Positions 19,632-30,469 of a stretch of DNA of 64,000 nucleotides are shown piece by piece. Position numbers and translations under genes: made by a program. Under the pieces are notes generated by a model that did no database searches, was not told the DNA's origin, and worked only from the letters and a program-made list of their open reading frames with translations. The stretch is taken from positions 640,001-704,000 of the forward strand of contig OY762926.1 in NCBI GenBank assembly GCA_963666735.1, read 5' to 3'. Positions within the stretch are counted from its first letter, which is position 1. Each line of letters starts with the position of its first letter. The DNA comes from Gemmatimonadota bacterium (GTDB taxonomy: Bacteria; Gemmatimonadota; Gemmatimonadetes; Palauibacterales; Palauibacteraceae).

Positions 19632-21245
19632 ATGGCTGAGAACGGCGCGAAGGCGACGGTTACGCTCACGATCGACGGGGTCGAGGTCACGGTCCCGAGC
19701 GGCACCCGCGTCATCGAGGCCGCGGAGCACGTGGGCGTCGTCGTGCCCCGCTATTGCTACCATCCGGGCATCCCCACGCGGCCGGCGCAGTGCCGCATGT
19801 GTCTCGTGGAGGTCGAGGGGCGGCCCAAGCTGGAGCCCTCGTGTACGCTGCGGGCGACCGATGACATGGTCGTGAATACGGCGAGCGACACCGCCCGCAC
19901 GGCCCGCCAGTCGGTCATCGAGTTTCTCCTCGTCAACCACCCGCTCGATTGCCCGATCTGCGACGCCGCGGGGCAGTGCATGCTCCAGGACTACGCGTAC
20001 GTCACGAACCAGCTCGAGAGCCGAGTCGACGAGCCCAAGCGGATCATGGGGCGGGACCGCATCTCCGACGACATCCTCTACTTCGCGGACCGCTGCGTCA
20101 TCTGCACGCGCTGCGTGCGCTTCATGCGCGACGTCGCCGAGGACGATTCGCTCATCGTCGCACAGCGCGGGGACAAGGCATTCATCGACACCTTCCCGGG
20201 GCGCGAACTCGACAACCCCTTCCAGGGGAACATCGTCGACGTGTGCCCGGTCGGCGCGCTCGTGCACGAGGACTTCGTGTTCAAGGCGCGGGCCTGGGAC
20301 ATGGATGCGGCGGCGAGCGTGTGTCCCGGGTGTCCGACGGGCTGCAACGTCACGATCGACACGAAGGAGAACCAGATCGTGCGCGTGAAGCCGAGGCACA
20401 ACGCGGCGGTGAACTCGTGGTGGATGTGCGATTACGGGCGCAAGCACCTCGTGATGACGAACCGCGGCGTGCGAGCCGAGGTCCCCCTCATCCGCGACGG
20501 CGAGCAACTGAGGCCCGTCGACTGGGCGATGGCGCTCGACTGGGTGGCGGAGAAGATCGGCGGCCTCGAGGGAGCCGGCGGGAGCGCGATCGTGTCCCCG
20601 GACGCCTCCAACGAGAATCTGTTCCATGTCTGGAAGCTCCTCGAACGGCTCGGGGTCGCGGGCGCGGCTTTCCAGGTTCCGCGGGGCGAAACCGCCGCCC
20701 TGCCCACGGTGCCGACGCTCAAGCTGAGGGCGGATCGCGCCGCGAACGCGACGGGCGCCGGACTCTTCGGCGGCCATCGCCTGGACGGTCTCCCCGACGG
20801 CCCGGCGGGTGGAGCGCTGGTCGTGCTCGATGACGCCCTCGAGGGAGCCGATGAGGACTTCGGCGGCGCGGCCGACTTCTTCCTCTACCTCGGCACGCGG
20901 CTTCCCGGCGCGGCGCGGCACGCGGATGCGGTGTTCCCGATCGCGACGTTCACCGAGATGGACGGCACGTTCACGAACTTCGAAGGCCGTGTGCAGCGCT
21001 TCCACCAGGCGCTGAGGCCGCCGGGGCTGGCCCGCCCGGGCTGGATGGTGCTGAGCCGCGTGCTCGCCCGCCTGGGAGACGGCGAGGCCATCAACGATGT
21101 GCGCACCGCGTTCGACCGGATGGCGGTGGAGACCCCGGCCTTTGCGGGCCTGACGTGGGACGGGATCGGGCTCAAGGGCGCCCCGGCCGCCGACTCGGCC
21201 GCGGAGGCCGGCGCCATCGCCGATTCCGCGGAGGCCGGCGCGTGA
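19632..21245 (+). CDS. nuoG: NADH-quinone oxidoreductase subunit G (short form)
   Basis: YCYH..CRMC, HPLDCPICD..GQC, CVICTRC, CPGCPTGC; E.DGTFTNFEGRVQRF. Confidence 0.93.
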   Translation: MAENGAKATVTLTIDGVEVTVPSGTRVIEAAEHVGVVVPRYCYHPGIPTRPAQCRMCLVEVEGRPKLEPSCTLRATDDMVVNTASDTARTARQSVIEFLLVNHPLDCPICDAAGQCMLQDYAYVTNQLESRVDEPKRIMGRDRISDDILYFADRCVICTRCVRFMRDVAEDDSLIVAQRGDKAFIDTFPGRELDNPFQGNIVDVCPVGALVHEDFVFKARAWDMDAAASVCPGCPTGCNVTIDTKENQIVRVKPRHNAAVNSWWMCDYGRKHLVMTNRGVRAEVPLIRDGEQLRPVDWAMALDWVAEKIGGLEGAGGSAIVSPDASNENLFHVWKLLERLGVAGAAFQVPRGETAALPTVPTLKLRADRAANATGAGLFGGHRLDGLPDGPAGGALVVLDDALEGADEDFGGAADFFLYLGTRLPGAARHADAVFPIATFTEMDGTFTNFEGRVQRFHQALRPPGLARPGWMVLSRVLARLGDGEAINDVRTAFDRMAVETPAFAGLTWDGIGLKGAPAADSAAEAGAIADSAEAGA

Positions 21246-22501
21246 ACCCGGTCACCGGCGGCGCCTTCGTTCTCGCCACCGCGGGGAAGGCCCTCGTCTT
21301 CTTCTCGGTGCTGATGCTCGCGGTGATGTTCGCCACGATCTTCGAGCGCAAGGTGTGCGGCTTCATGCAGGACCGGAGCGGCCCGAACCGCGTCGGCCCG
21401 TGGGGACTCCTTCAGGTCATCGCCGACGGGCTCAAGAATCTCCTGAAGGAAGAGACGATGCCGGAGCAGGCGATCCGGCCCTTCTTTCTGCTCGCGCCCG
21501 TCCTCGGGATCCTGCCGGCCACGATCCTCTTCGCCGTGATCCCCTTCGCTTCCCCCATGCCCACGCCGTGGGGACTCGTGGAGATGATCGTGGCGGACGT
21601 GCCGATCGGTTTCCTCTACGTGCTCGCGATCGGTTCGATCGGCGTGTACGGCGTCGCGATGGGCGGTTGGGCCTCCGGCTCGAAGTACTCGCTCCTCGGC
21701 GGGCTTCGCGGCTCCGCCCAGATGGTGAGCTACGAGGTTGCGCTCGCGCTCAGCCTCGTCCCCCTCATCCTCCTCACCGGGGATGTGCGCGCGCCCGAGA
21801 TCGTCTCCATGCAGCAGACGTTCACGGCCGGGCCGGCGACGTACGCGACCTGGTTCATGTTTCCGCTCCTCGTCGGTCTCTTCTTCTTCTTCGTGTCGGG
21901 ACTCGCGGAGACGAACCGCCTGCCTTTCGACCTTCCGGAAGCGGAGGCCGAACTCATCACCGGATACCACACGGAGTATTCGGCGATGAAGTTCTCGATG
22001 TTCATGATCGGCGAGTTCGCGCACGTGATCACGGTCGCCGCGCTCGTCACGGTCTTTTTCCTCGGCGGATGGGACATCCCGTTCTGGCAGGGGGACAATA
22101 TCCGCGTACTCTCCGATGGGACCGTGATCGGGGAGCCGACGTGGTGGAAGACGCTGCTCACGCTCGGCGCGTTCGGCTTGAAGACAGCGCTTCTCGTGCT
22201 CGTCTTCGTCTGGATTCGGTGGACGCTGCCGCGCTTCCGCTACGACCAGCTCATGGATCTGGGCTGGAAGTTCATGCTGGAAGCGGTGACGGTCTACATC
22301 CTCGTCATCGCCTTCGTCATCCTCGGAATCGAGGCGGTCGGCATCCCGGCCGGCGGTTGGTACGCGTTCGTTCTCTTTCTCGTGAATCTTGCACTCGCAG
22401 CGGTCCTCTTCTTCGCCATGGACCGGGGGACGCTGATCCGCGGCGGGGCGAAGGGGGCGAGGTCGACCGGCGGTGGCGCCGGGGAAGGCCAGGGAGGGTA
22501 A
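21242..22501 (+). CDS. nuoH: NADH-quinone oxidoreductase subunit H
   Basis: ERKV, QDRSGPNRVG, ETNRLPFDL.EAE.EL, PRFRYDQLM. Confidence 0.97.
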   Translation: MNPVTGGAFVLATAGKALVFFSVLMLAVMFATIFERKVCGFMQDRSGPNRVGPWGLLQVIADGLKNLLKEETMPEQAIRPFFLLAPVLGILPATILFAVIPFASPMPTPWGLVEMIVADVPIGFLYVLAIGSIGVYGVAMGGWASGSKYSLLGGLRGSAQMVSYEVALALSLVPLILLTGDVRAPEIVSMQQTFTAGPATYATWFMFPLLVGLFFFFVSGLAETNRLPFDLPEAEAELITGYHTEYSAMKFSMFMIGEFAHVITVAALVTVFFLGGWDIPFWQGDNIRVLSDGTVIGEPTWWKTLLTLGAFGLKTALLVLVFVWIRWTLPRFRYDQLMDLGWKFMLEAVTVYILVIAFVILGIEAVGIPAGGWYAFVLFLVNLALAAVLFFAMDRGTLIRGGAKGARSTGGGAGEGQGG

Positions 22502-22999
22502 ATGCCTGGAGACGTGAAAGTTGTGGAGCGCCCGCGAGCCGAGAGTTCGTATGTGCGCGCGGCGGCGAAGGGGATGTCGATCACCATGCGACACCTCCTC
22601 AGCCCCAACAAGAAGACGCAGCAGTATCCCGACGAGAAATGGGAACTCGCGCCGCGGACGCGCGGAACGCACCGCATGGCGGTGCACGAGGATGGACGGG
22701 CGAAGTGCGTCGCGTGCGGCCTGTGCCCGACCGTGTGCCCCGTGAACTGCATCAAGCTCGTGCCGGCGGAGGACGAGAACGGCGAGCGTTACGCGGCGAT
22801 CTACGAGATCGACGAGTTCCGCTGCATCTTCTGCGGCTACTGCCAGGAAGTGTGTCCGGTCGAGGCGATTCACCTCGGCGTGCACTACGAGAACGCGGAG
22901 TACTCTCGCGAGCGCTGGGTGTACGACCTGGAGCGGCTGGTCGAACAGGAGCACGAGGTCACGGCGCTGTGGGATCCGCAGGACCCGGCGTCGCAGTGA
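22502..22999 (+). CDS. nuoI: NADH-quinone oxidoreductase subunit I
   Basis: Two 4Fe-4S motifs CVACGLCPTVCP and CIFCGYCQEVCP. Confidence 0.96.
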   Translation: MPGDVKVVERPRAESSYVRAAAKGMSITMRHLLSPNKKTQQYPDEKWELAPRTRGTHRMAVHEDGRAKCVACGLCPTVCPVNCIKLVPAEDENGERYAAIYEIDEFRCIFCGYCQEVCPVEAIHLGVHYENAEYSRERWVYDLERLVEQEHEVTALWDPQDPASQ

Positions 23000-23018
23000 T
23001 GCCGCGATCGATGCCGAG

Positions 23019-23546
23019 ATGATTCAGGACTTTCTCTTCCAGGCTTTCGCCGCGAGCGCGATTCTGGGCGCGGTGATCATGGTCACGCGCCGAAATCCCG
23101 TGTCCGCCGTGATCTTCCTGGTCGGCGTGTTCTTCGCCACGTCGGGCATGTTCCTCATGCTGGACGCGCACTACATCGCGGCGATCAACGTGATCCTGTA
23201 CGGCGGCGCCATCATGGTCCTCTTCCTCTTCGTCCTCATGCTGCTCAACCTGGGACACGCGGACTGGCGCGACCTGAAGGGACCGGTCGGGGGACTCATC
23301 GGCGGTTCGATCTCGATCGCCTTCCTCGGCGTGCTCACGCGGCTCTTCGTCGGTGGGACGGACGCCCGGCCCGTCGTCGATGTCGCGGGCAGCGCGCTGC
23401 GCGAGGCGGCGGCCGAACAGGGGGTCGTCGGCGTCGTGGCCCGGCCGCTCTTCCAGGAGTACACGATCGTGCTCGAGGTGACGGGCGTCCTCCTCCTGGT
23501 CTCGATGGTGGGGACGATCCTGCTGGCCCGCAGGGAGCGGACGTGA
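23019..23546 (+). CDS. nuoJ: NADH-quinone oxidoreductase subunit J
   Basis: [20 protein letters not shown]; hydrophobic; operon position. Confidence 0.94.
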   Translation: MIQDFLFQAFAASAILGAVIMVTRRNPVSAVIFLVGVFFATSGMFLMLDAHYIAAINVILYGGAIMVLFLFVLMLLNLGHADWRDLKGPVGGLIGGSISIAFLGVLTRLFVGGTDARPVVDVAGSALREAAAEQGVVGVVARPLFQEYTIVLEVTGVLLLVSMVGTILLARRERT

Positions 23547-23872
23547 ACGAGGCGGGCATGGCGAGCGCGCTCGGCCTGCACGGACTCATCGCCCTCTTCG
23601 TGAGCGCGATCCTGTTCTCGGTCGGCGTGATCGGCGTCCTCCTGCGGCGGAACGCGATCATCGTGTTCATGTGCGTCGAGTTGATGCTGAACGCCGCGAA
23701 CCTCTCGCTCGTCGCCTTCTCGCGCATGCACGGGATCGAGGGCCAGATCTTCGTCTTCTTCGTCATGGCCGTCGCCGCGGCCGAGGCCGCCGTGGGACTC
23801 GCGATCATCATCGCGATCTTTCGGCACTATGAAGTCGTGGATCTCGACCGCTTCCGGCTCCTGAAGTGGTGA
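23543..23872 (+). CDS. nuoK: NADH-quinone oxidoreductase subunit K
   Basis: [25 protein letters not shown]. Confidence 0.96.
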   Translation: MNEAGMASALGLHGLIALFVSAILFSVGVIGVLLRRNAIIVFMCVELMLNAANLSLVAFSRMHGIEGQIFVFFVMAVAAAEAAVGLAIIIAIFRHYEVVDLDRFRLLKW

Positions 23873-25962
23873 GTTTCGACGCCGTATCGGGTGCGGGCGC
23901 GCTTGCGTCCGGAGCGGGCGCCTTCGCGGGGCAGGAGGGCGCGGGAGCCGGGTTCCATCCGGTGCTCCCGTGGCTCATCCTCGCCCTCCCGCTGCTCGGG
24001 GCGGCGGTGAACGGCGCCGGGGCCTTCCTGTGGCGCGACGACAAGCGGATCCCGACGATCGTCGGACCCGCGGCGCTGCTCGGGAGCTTCGCGGTCGTCC
24101 TCGTCAACTTCATCGCGATGAGCGGCGCGGAACTGCATGGCGCGGAAGTGGTCCGCCTGTGGAACTGGATCGTGTCCGGGGACCTCCGCATCGGGGTCGA
24201 CCTCCAGTTCGATCAGCTCTCGATGCTGATGTGCATGATCGTGACCGGGGTCGGGAGTCTGATCCACATCTATTCCGTCGGCTACATGCGCGACGATCCC
24301 GGTTATTCCCGCTACTTCTCGTACCTCAACCTCTTCGTCTTCTTCATGCTCGTCCTCGTCCTGGGGGCCAGCTTCCCTCTCATGTTCGTGGGCTGGGAGG
24401 GCGTGGGGCTCTGTTCGTACCTGCTCATCGGCTTCTGGTACGAGAACCGGGACTACGCGAACGCGGGCAAGAAGGCGTTCATCATGAACCGGATCGGCGA
24501 CGCGGGCTTCCTCGTCGCCATGTTCCTGGTCTTCACGGCCTTCGGGACGCTGGATTTCATTCCCGTCCTGGAGGCGGCGGAGGGAACGCTCGCGTACGGC
24601 GGCGTTCTCGTCACCGGCATCACGCTCCTCCTCTTCCTCGGCTGCACGGGGAAGTCGGCCCAGATCCCCCTTCACACCTGGCTTCCCGACGCCATGGCGG
24701 GTCCGACGCCGGTCTCGGCGCTCATTCACGCGGCGACGATGGTGACGGCGGGGGTCTATCTCATCGCGCGCACGAGTGTCCTGTTCGCGCTCTCGCCCGT
24801 GTCCCAGGGGGTGGTGGCGGCGGTCGGGGCGGGGACGGCGCTGTTCGCGGCTTCGATCGCGATCCGGCAGTACGACATCAAGAAGGTGCTCGCGTACTCC
24901 ACGATCTCGCAGCTCGGCTACATGTTCCTCGCCGTCGGGGTGGGGGCGTTCACGGCCGGCGTCTTCCACCTGATGACGCACGCCTTCTTCAAGGCGCTCC
25001 TCTTCCTCGGCGCGGGGGCCGTGATCCACTCGGTGCATCATGCGTGGGCGCACGGAGAGGACGGACACGGCGACGGGGACCACAGCGATCCGAACGACAT
25101 GCGGAACCACGGCGGACTGAGGAAGTTCATGCCCCGCACGTTCGTCTTCATGTGGGTCGCGACGCTCGCGATCGCGGGCGTGCCGCCACTGGCCGGATTC
25201 TTCTCGAAGGATGAGATCATCTGGTACGCGGGCGCGTACGGATATCCGATCCTGTGGGGCGTGGCGCTGGCCACGGCGTTGCTCACGGCGGTGTACATGG
25301 CCCGCCTCATGGTCCTGACCTTCCACGGGGAAAACCGAACCTTCGGGCACGGCGGAGCGCCCCGGGCCGGGCGGAAGCTACACGAGGCGCCCCCGGTGAT
25401 GTGGGCTCCCCTCGCCGTGCTCGCCGTCCTTTCCGTGGTTGGCGGCTGGGCCAACATCCCGGAGGCGCTGCCATTGCTGCCGGCCGTCGAATGGCTGCAC
25501 CACTGGCTCGAGCCCGTGTTCGAGCCCGCGATCGCGGTCAAGGAAGCGCACGGCTTCGTTGCCGGGCACCACGCGCCCGTCGGCGGTGGCGAGGCCCTGT
25601 GGGCGGGGATCTCCGCCGCGGTCGCGATCGCGGCCGTCACGGCGACGGTCCGTGTCCTGTCGCCGAAGCCGGTGCCGACGGAGGCGGAGGCGGTGGCGCC
25701 GACGGGCTTCGCCCGCGTCCTCCACGACAAATGGTACGTGGATGAACTGTACGACCGCGCCATCGTCCGCCCCTCGCTCGCGCTCTGGCGCGCCTGCTGG
25801 CGGATCGTGGATGCGGGCCTCATCGACGGCGCCGTGAACGGGGCGGGGCGGGCCGCCCGCCTCCTCGGATGGGCCGGGGGACAACTCCAGACGGGCCGCG
25901 TGACGACCTATCTCGTCGCCTTCATGCTCGGGGCCCTCCTCGTCCTCGGCGTGCTCTCTTGA
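23869..25962 (+). CDS. nuoL: NADH-quinone oxidoreductase subunit L
   Basis: [57 protein letters not shown]. Confidence 0.97.
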   Translation: MSFDAVSGAGALASGAGAFAGQEGAGAGFHPVLPWLILALPLLGAAVNGAGAFLWRDDKRIPTIVGPAALLGSFAVVLVNFIAMSGAELHGAEVVRLWNWIVSGDLRIGVDLQFDQLSMLMCMIVTGVGSLIHIYSVGYMRDDPGYSRYFSYLNLFVFFMLVLVLGASFPLMFVGWEGVGLCSYLLIGFWYENRDYANAGKKAFIMNRIGDAGFLVAMFLVFTAFGTLDFIPVLEAAEGTLAYGGVLVTGITLLLFLGCTGKSAQIPLHTWLPDAMAGPTPVSALIHAATMVTAGVYLIARTSVLFALSPVSQGVVAAVGAGTALFAASIAIRQYDIKKVLAYSTISQLGYMFLAVGVGAFTAGVFHLMTHAFFKALLFLGAGAVIHSVHHAWAHGEDGHGDGDHSDPNDMRNHGGLRKFMPRTFVFMWVATLAIAGVPPLAGFFSKDEIIWYAGAYGYPILWGVALATALLTAVYMARLMVLTFHGENRTFGHGGAPRAGRKLHEAPPVMWAPLAVLAVLSVVGGWANIPEALPLLPAVEWLHHWLEPVFEPAIAVKEAHGFVAGHHAPVGGGEALWAGISAAVAIAAVTATVRVLSPKPVPTEAEAVAPTGFARVLHDKWYVDELYDRAIVRPSLALWRACWRIVDAGLIDGAVNGAGRAARLLGWAGGQLQTGRVTTYLVAFMLGALLVLGVLS

Positions 25963-27509
25963 TGGCCCTCTACGACGGGCACTGGATCCTGACCGCGCTC
26001 GTGGTCCTCCCCCTCATCGGCGGAGCCGCCTGTCTCGCCGTGCCCGAGGCGCGCGCGAAGACGGTCGCCCTGGCGACGACGCTGGTCCTGTTCGCACTCT
26101 CGCTGCCGCTCTTCTGGACCTTCGACACGGCGGAGCCGGGATTCCAGAACCTCGTCTCCATCGCGTGGGTCGAGGCGTGGGGAATCTCCTATGCGGTGGG
26201 CGTGGATGGGATCTCGATCCTCATGATCCTGCTCACGACCTTCACGATGCCGTTGGCGGTGGCGGGTTCGTTCTCCTACATCCGGCAGCGGCAGCGAGCC
26301 TTCTACGCAATGCTCCTCTTCCTCACGACGGGGATGATCGGCGTCTTCATCGCCCTCGATCTATTCCTGTTCTACGTGTTCTGGGAGATCATGCTGATTC
26401 CGATGTACTTCCTCATCGGCGTCTGGGGCGGGGAGCGCCGGATCTATTCCGCCGTGAAGTTCTTCCTCTACACGGCGGTGGGCTCGCTCCTGATGCTGGT
26501 CGCGATCGTGACCCTCGCCTGGATCTTTCAGGACGGCTCGGGGGCGTGGAGCTTCGCCTACGAGGATCTCGTGTCGCTCGAGCTCGCCCGGCGCGCGCAG
26601 CTCTGGCTCTTCGCGGGGTTCGCGCTCGCGTTCGCGATCAAGGTGCCGCTCTTCCCGTTCCATACCTGGCTGCCCGACGCGCACGTGGAAGCCCCGACGG
26701 CGGGCTCCGTGATTCTGGCGGGGGTGCTGCTCAAGATGGGCGTGTACGGGTTTCTGCGTTTCGGGCTTCCCTTCTTCCCGGCCGCGGCCACGGATCCCAT
26801 CGTCGTCAACACGATGCTCGTGCTGGGACTGATCGGGATCCTCTATGCGGCCTGGGTGGCGGCCGTCCAGCCGGACGCGAAGAAGCTCATCGCCTACACC
26901 TCTGTCGCCCACCTCGGCTTCGTCGTGCTCGGCGTGTTCGGGCTCACGACGCAGGGCATCGAGGGCGGCATCCTCCAGATGGTGAACCACGGGATTTCGA
27001 CCGGGGCGCTCTTCCTCCTCATCGGGATGCTGTACGAGCGGCGCCACTCGCGGCAGATCGCGGACTTCGGCGGCATCGCGAAAGTGATGCCGGTGTTCGC
27101 CTTCGCGCTCGTCGTCGTCGCGCTGTCTTCCGTTGGCCTTCCGGGGACGAACGGTTTCATCGGCGAGTTTCTCATCCTCGTGGGGACGTTCAGGACGCAC
27201 CCGTGGGTCGCGGCGATCGCGACGACCGGCGTGATCTTCGCGGCCTGCTACATGCTGCCCATGGTGCAGCGGATTCTCTTCAACCGCCTCGATCGCGAAG
27301 AAAACCGCACGCTCACCGACGTGAACCGCCGGGAACGCCTGATTCTCGCGCCGCTTCTCGCGCTGATCCTGCTCATCGGCGTGTGGCCGGGCCCCTTCCT
27401 GAACCGGACGCGCGCGTCCGTGGAAGCGCTCATCGAGCACGTGGAGGTGCGGTCGGCCGGCGTGCCTTCGGCGGACGCCGTGTCCGCCGAAGCCGGGGGA
27501 GGGGAGTGA
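25962..27509 (+). CDS. nuoM: NADH-quinone oxidoreductase subunit M
   Basis: FYVFWE, KVPLFPFHTWLPDAHVEAPT, KKLIAYTS, GLPGTNGFIGE. Confidence 0.97.
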   Translation: MALYDGHWILTALVVLPLIGGAACLAVPEARAKTVALATTLVLFALSLPLFWTFDTAEPGFQNLVSIAWVEAWGISYAVGVDGISILMILLTTFTMPLAVAGSFSYIRQRQRAFYAMLLFLTTGMIGVFIALDLFLFYVFWEIMLIPMYFLIGVWGGERRIYSAVKFFLYTAVGSLLMLVAIVTLAWIFQDGSGAWSFAYEDLVSLELARRAQLWLFAGFALAFAIKVPLFPFHTWLPDAHVEAPTAGSVILAGVLLKMGVYGFLRFGLPFFPAAATDPIVVNTMLVLGLIGILYAAWVAAVQPDAKKLIAYTSVAHLGFVVLGVFGLTTQGIEGGILQMVNHGISTGALFLLIGMLYERRHSRQIADFGGIAKVMPVFAFALVVVALSSVGLPGTNGFIGEFLILVGTFRTHPWVAAIATTGVIFAACYMLPMVQRILFNRLDREENRTLTDVNRRERLILAPLLALILLIGVWPGPFLNRTRASVEALIEHVEVRSAGVPSADAVSAEAGGGE

Positions 27510-27510
27510 C

Positions 27511-29037
27511 GTGAGTTACTGGGTCGCGCTCCTGCCGGAAGTCATCCTGTCGCTGGCGGCCATGTTCATCCTCATGCGCGACGCCTTCGTGCGCCCGGGC
27601 GAGGGCGGCGGGGACGCGGCGGCGGGAGGCGGCGCCGGCGAGCAGGGACGGATGTCCGTCGACTGCCTCGTCACGCTGTACTCGATCGCGGGCGCCCTTA
27701 TCGCGAGTCTCTGGCTCATGGACGCCTCCGGTCCGCCGGACGCGATGATCGCGCTCGACGGCTTCCGCGTGGCGGCGGACGTGATCCTGCTCGGCGGAGC
27801 CCTGCTCGTGGTGTCGCTCTCGCGCGACTACCTGAGCCGGGAGGGGATGCGTTCCCCCGAGTTCCATGCGCTGATTCTCCTCGCCCTCGTCGGGATGATG
27901 GTGCTCGTCGCGGCGCGCGACCTCATCCTCCTCTTCGTCGGCCTCGAGCTGATGTCGCTCTCCGTCTACGTCCTCACCGGATACGTGCGGAAGAACCCGC
28001 GCTCCTCCGAGGCGAGCCTCAAGTACTTCATCGTCGGCGCCTTCGCGAGCGCCTTCGTCGTGTACGGGATCGCGCTCCTCTACGGGGCCACCGGGACGAC
28101 GCGCCTGGCCACCGCCGCCGAGCGAATCGCGGCCGCGCCGGCCGGGGGGGATCTCCTCCTCGTCGCCGGCATCGGCCTCCTGCTCATCGGTTTCGCGTTC
28201 AAGATCGCCGCCGTGCCCTTCCATATGTGGGCCCCGGACGCCTACGACGGCGCCCCGACGCCGGTGACCTCGTTCATGGCGACGGGAGTCAAGGCGGCTG
28301 CCTTCATCGCCCTCCTGCGCGTGTTGACCGTGGATCTGGGGGGCGCGGCCGAAGTGTGGAGGGGCGCCGTGTGGTGGCTGGCGATCCTGACCATGATCGT
28401 GCCCAACCTGGTTGCGCTGTCGCAGCAGGATGTGAAGCGGATGCTCGCCTACTCCTCGGTGGCCCACGCCGGATACCTCCTCGTCGGCGTCGTCGCGGCC
28501 TCCGAACTGGGACGATCCGCCTCGCTCTTCTATCTCGCGGCGTACACCGTGGTGACCGCGGGGAGCTTCGCCATCGTCTTCCACGTGGCGGGGCGCGGCG
28601 ACCGGAACCAGCGCGTGCGTGACTACCGGGGACTGGGTTGGCGGCGTCCGATGCTCGGAGCCGCGTTCCTCGTTTTCCTGCTCTCGCTGGCCGGCTTCCC
28701 GCCCACGGCGGGCTTCGTCGGCAAGCTGTACCTGCTTCGGGCCGCGGTGGATGCGGGGGAGATGTCGCTGGCGGTCACGCTCGTTCTGACCAGCCTCGCC
28801 GCCTACTACTACTACCTCCGCGTGGTGTGGAAGATGTATTTCGAGGCGGCCCCGGAGGATGTCCACGCGCCGCCGTCTCCCAAACCGGGGTTCAACCTCG
28901 TGGTCGGGATCTGCGTGGCGCTGATCCTTCTCGGCGGCCTCTTCCCGGGACGCCTCATCGACCGGGCTCGCGATGCCCTCGCGGAAACGCCCGCGCCGGG
29001 CATGGTCGTCCAGGCCGAGGACCCGCCAGCCCCATAA
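27511..29037 (+). CDS. nuoN: NADH-quinone oxidoreductase subunit N
   Basis: EASLKYF, FKIAAVPFHMWAPDAYDGAPTP, KRMLAYSS, SLAGFPP. Confidence 0.97.
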   Translation: MSYWVALLPEVILSLAAMFILMRDAFVRPGEGGGDAAAGGGAGEQGRMSVDCLVTLYSIAGALIASLWLMDASGPPDAMIALDGFRVAADVILLGGALLVVSLSRDYLSREGMRSPEFHALILLALVGMMVLVAARDLILLFVGLELMSLSVYVLTGYVRKNPRSSEASLKYFIVGAFASAFVVYGIALLYGATGTTRLATAAERIAAAPAGGDLLLVAGIGLLLIGFAFKIAAVPFHMWAPDAYDGAPTPVTSFMATGVKAAAFIALLRVLTVDLGGAAEVWRGAVWWLAILTMIVPNLVALSQQDVKRMLAYSSVAHAGYLLVGVVAASELGRSASLFYLAAYTVVTAGSFAIVFHVAGRGDRNQRVRDYRGLGWRRPMLGAAFLVFLLSLAGFPPTAGFVGKLYLLRAAVDAGEMSLAVTLVLTSLAAYYYYLRVVWKMYFEAAPEDVHAPPSPKPGFNLVVGICVALILLGGLFPGRLIDRARDALAETPAPGMVVQAEDPPAP

Positions 29038-30404
29038 TGCCGATACCCTCCGGAATCTTCCGCGAATACGACATTCGCGGGATCGTCGGGGACGACCTGA
29101 CGGAGACGGCGGCCGAACTCGTGGGGCGCGCCTTCGGGACCGAGCTTGCCGAACGTCCGGCGCCGCGCGTCGTCGTCGGACACGACAACCGACCCTCGTC
29201 TCCAGCCCTCTCGGCGGCGTTGTGCCGCGGTCTTTGCGCGGCCGGCGCCGACGTGACGACGATCGGAACCGTCCCCACGCCGACCCTTTATTTTGCGGCC
29301 ATCGAGTTCGGGACGGACGCGGCGATTCAGATCACGGGGTCCCACAATCCGCCCGAATACAACGGCATCAAGATGGTGCGGGACGGCGGGGCGCTCTACG
29401 GCTCGGCGATCCGGGCCCTCCGAGTCCGGATCGAGGCGGAGGCCTTCGCGTCGGGCCGGGGAGAGATCCGGGAAGCGGAGATCCTCGACCGCTACGTCGA
29501 GGAGATCGCCGCGCGCGGACGGGTCGAGGGCGACGTGCGCATGGTGCTCGATTGCGGGAACGGAGTGGGGAGCGTCGTCGCCGTGCGCGCCCTGACCGCC
29601 GCCGGGATCGACGTGGACGGCCTCTACTGCGAGTCGGACGGAACCTTCCCGAACCACCATCCGGATCCGACGGTGGATGAGTACATCCAGGACCTCATGG
29701 CACGCGTCCGCGGGACCCGAGCGGATCTCGGCGTGGGACTCGACGGGGATGCGGACCGGATCGGCGCGGTGACGGAGGAGGGGGAGATCATCCGCGGCGA
29801 CCACCTGCTTCTTCTGTTCGCGCGAGAGGTGCTGGCGGAGCGGCCGGGGGCCGAGGTCGTGTTCGATGTGAAGTGTTCGCAGGCGCTGCCACGCGTCATT
29901 CGCGCCCACGGCGGCGTTCCCGTCATGTGGAAGACGGGACACTCGCTCATCAAAGAGCGCATGCGGGCCGGGAGATCTCCCATAGCAGGTGAGATGAGCG
30001 GCCATATCTGCTTTGCGGACAGATTCTTCGGGACGGATGATGCGATCTATGCGGCCGCTCGCCTCGCGGGTCTCGTGTCCCGCTCGGGGCGCCCTCTCTC
30101 CGAGTTGGCGGCGGAAATTCCAGGCTACCCCTCCACGCCCGAACTGCGCCTCGACTGTCCGGAGGAGCGGAAGTTCGGCCTTGTGGCGGAGGCCGTGCGC
30201 TTCTTCCGGGAGCGTTACGAGGTCATCGACATCGACGGCGCGCGCGTCCTGTTCGACGGCGGGTGGTTGCTGATCCGGGCGAGCAACACGCAGCCGGTCG
30301 TCGTGGCGCGCGTCGAGGCGGACACGGAAGCGCGCATGCGGGAAATCGCGGACGTCGCTCGGACGTTCCTGTCCGGTCAAGGGGTCGACCTGCCGGCGGT
30401 TTGA
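29037..30404 (+). CDS. Phosphomannomutase/phosphoglucomutase (AlgC-like)
   Basis: IFREYDIRG, TGSHNP, DGDADR, GEMSGH, RASNTQP. Confidence 0.95.
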   Translation: MPIPSGIFREYDIRGIVGDDLTETAAELVGRAFGTELAERPAPRVVVGHDNRPSSPALSAALCRGLCAAGADVTTIGTVPTPTLYFAAIEFGTDAAIQITGSHNPPEYNGIKMVRDGGALYGSAIRALRVRIEAEAFASGRGEIREAEILDRYVEEIAARGRVEGDVRMVLDCGNGVGSVVAVRALTAAGIDVDGLYCESDGTFPNHHPDPTVDEYIQDLMARVRGTRADLGVGLDGDADRIGAVTEEGEIIRGDHLLLLFAREVLAERPGAEVVFDVKCSQALPRVIRAHGGVPVMWKTGHSLIKERMRAGRSPIAGEMSGHICFADRFFGTDDAIYAAARLAGLVSRSGRPLSELAAEIPGYPSTPELRLDCPEERKFGLVAEAVRFFRERYEVIDIDGARVLFDGGWLLIRASNTQPVVVARVEADTEARMREIADVARTFLSGQGVDLPAV

Positions 30405-30469
30405 CGCGAGATTCCAAGCTCTCCGCCACACCCATGCGGGACCCGAAACGGGGGCATGACGAAGATCCG

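Noticed and set aside
18507..21005. Very long antisense or alternate-frame ORFs (e.g. 18507-21005, 20885-22954, 2632-4248, 53213-55375, 32559-34145)
   Set aside because: They shadow well-supported genes and have Arg/Gly/Pro-rich non-family sequence, as expected from stop-codon scarcity in high-GC DNA.
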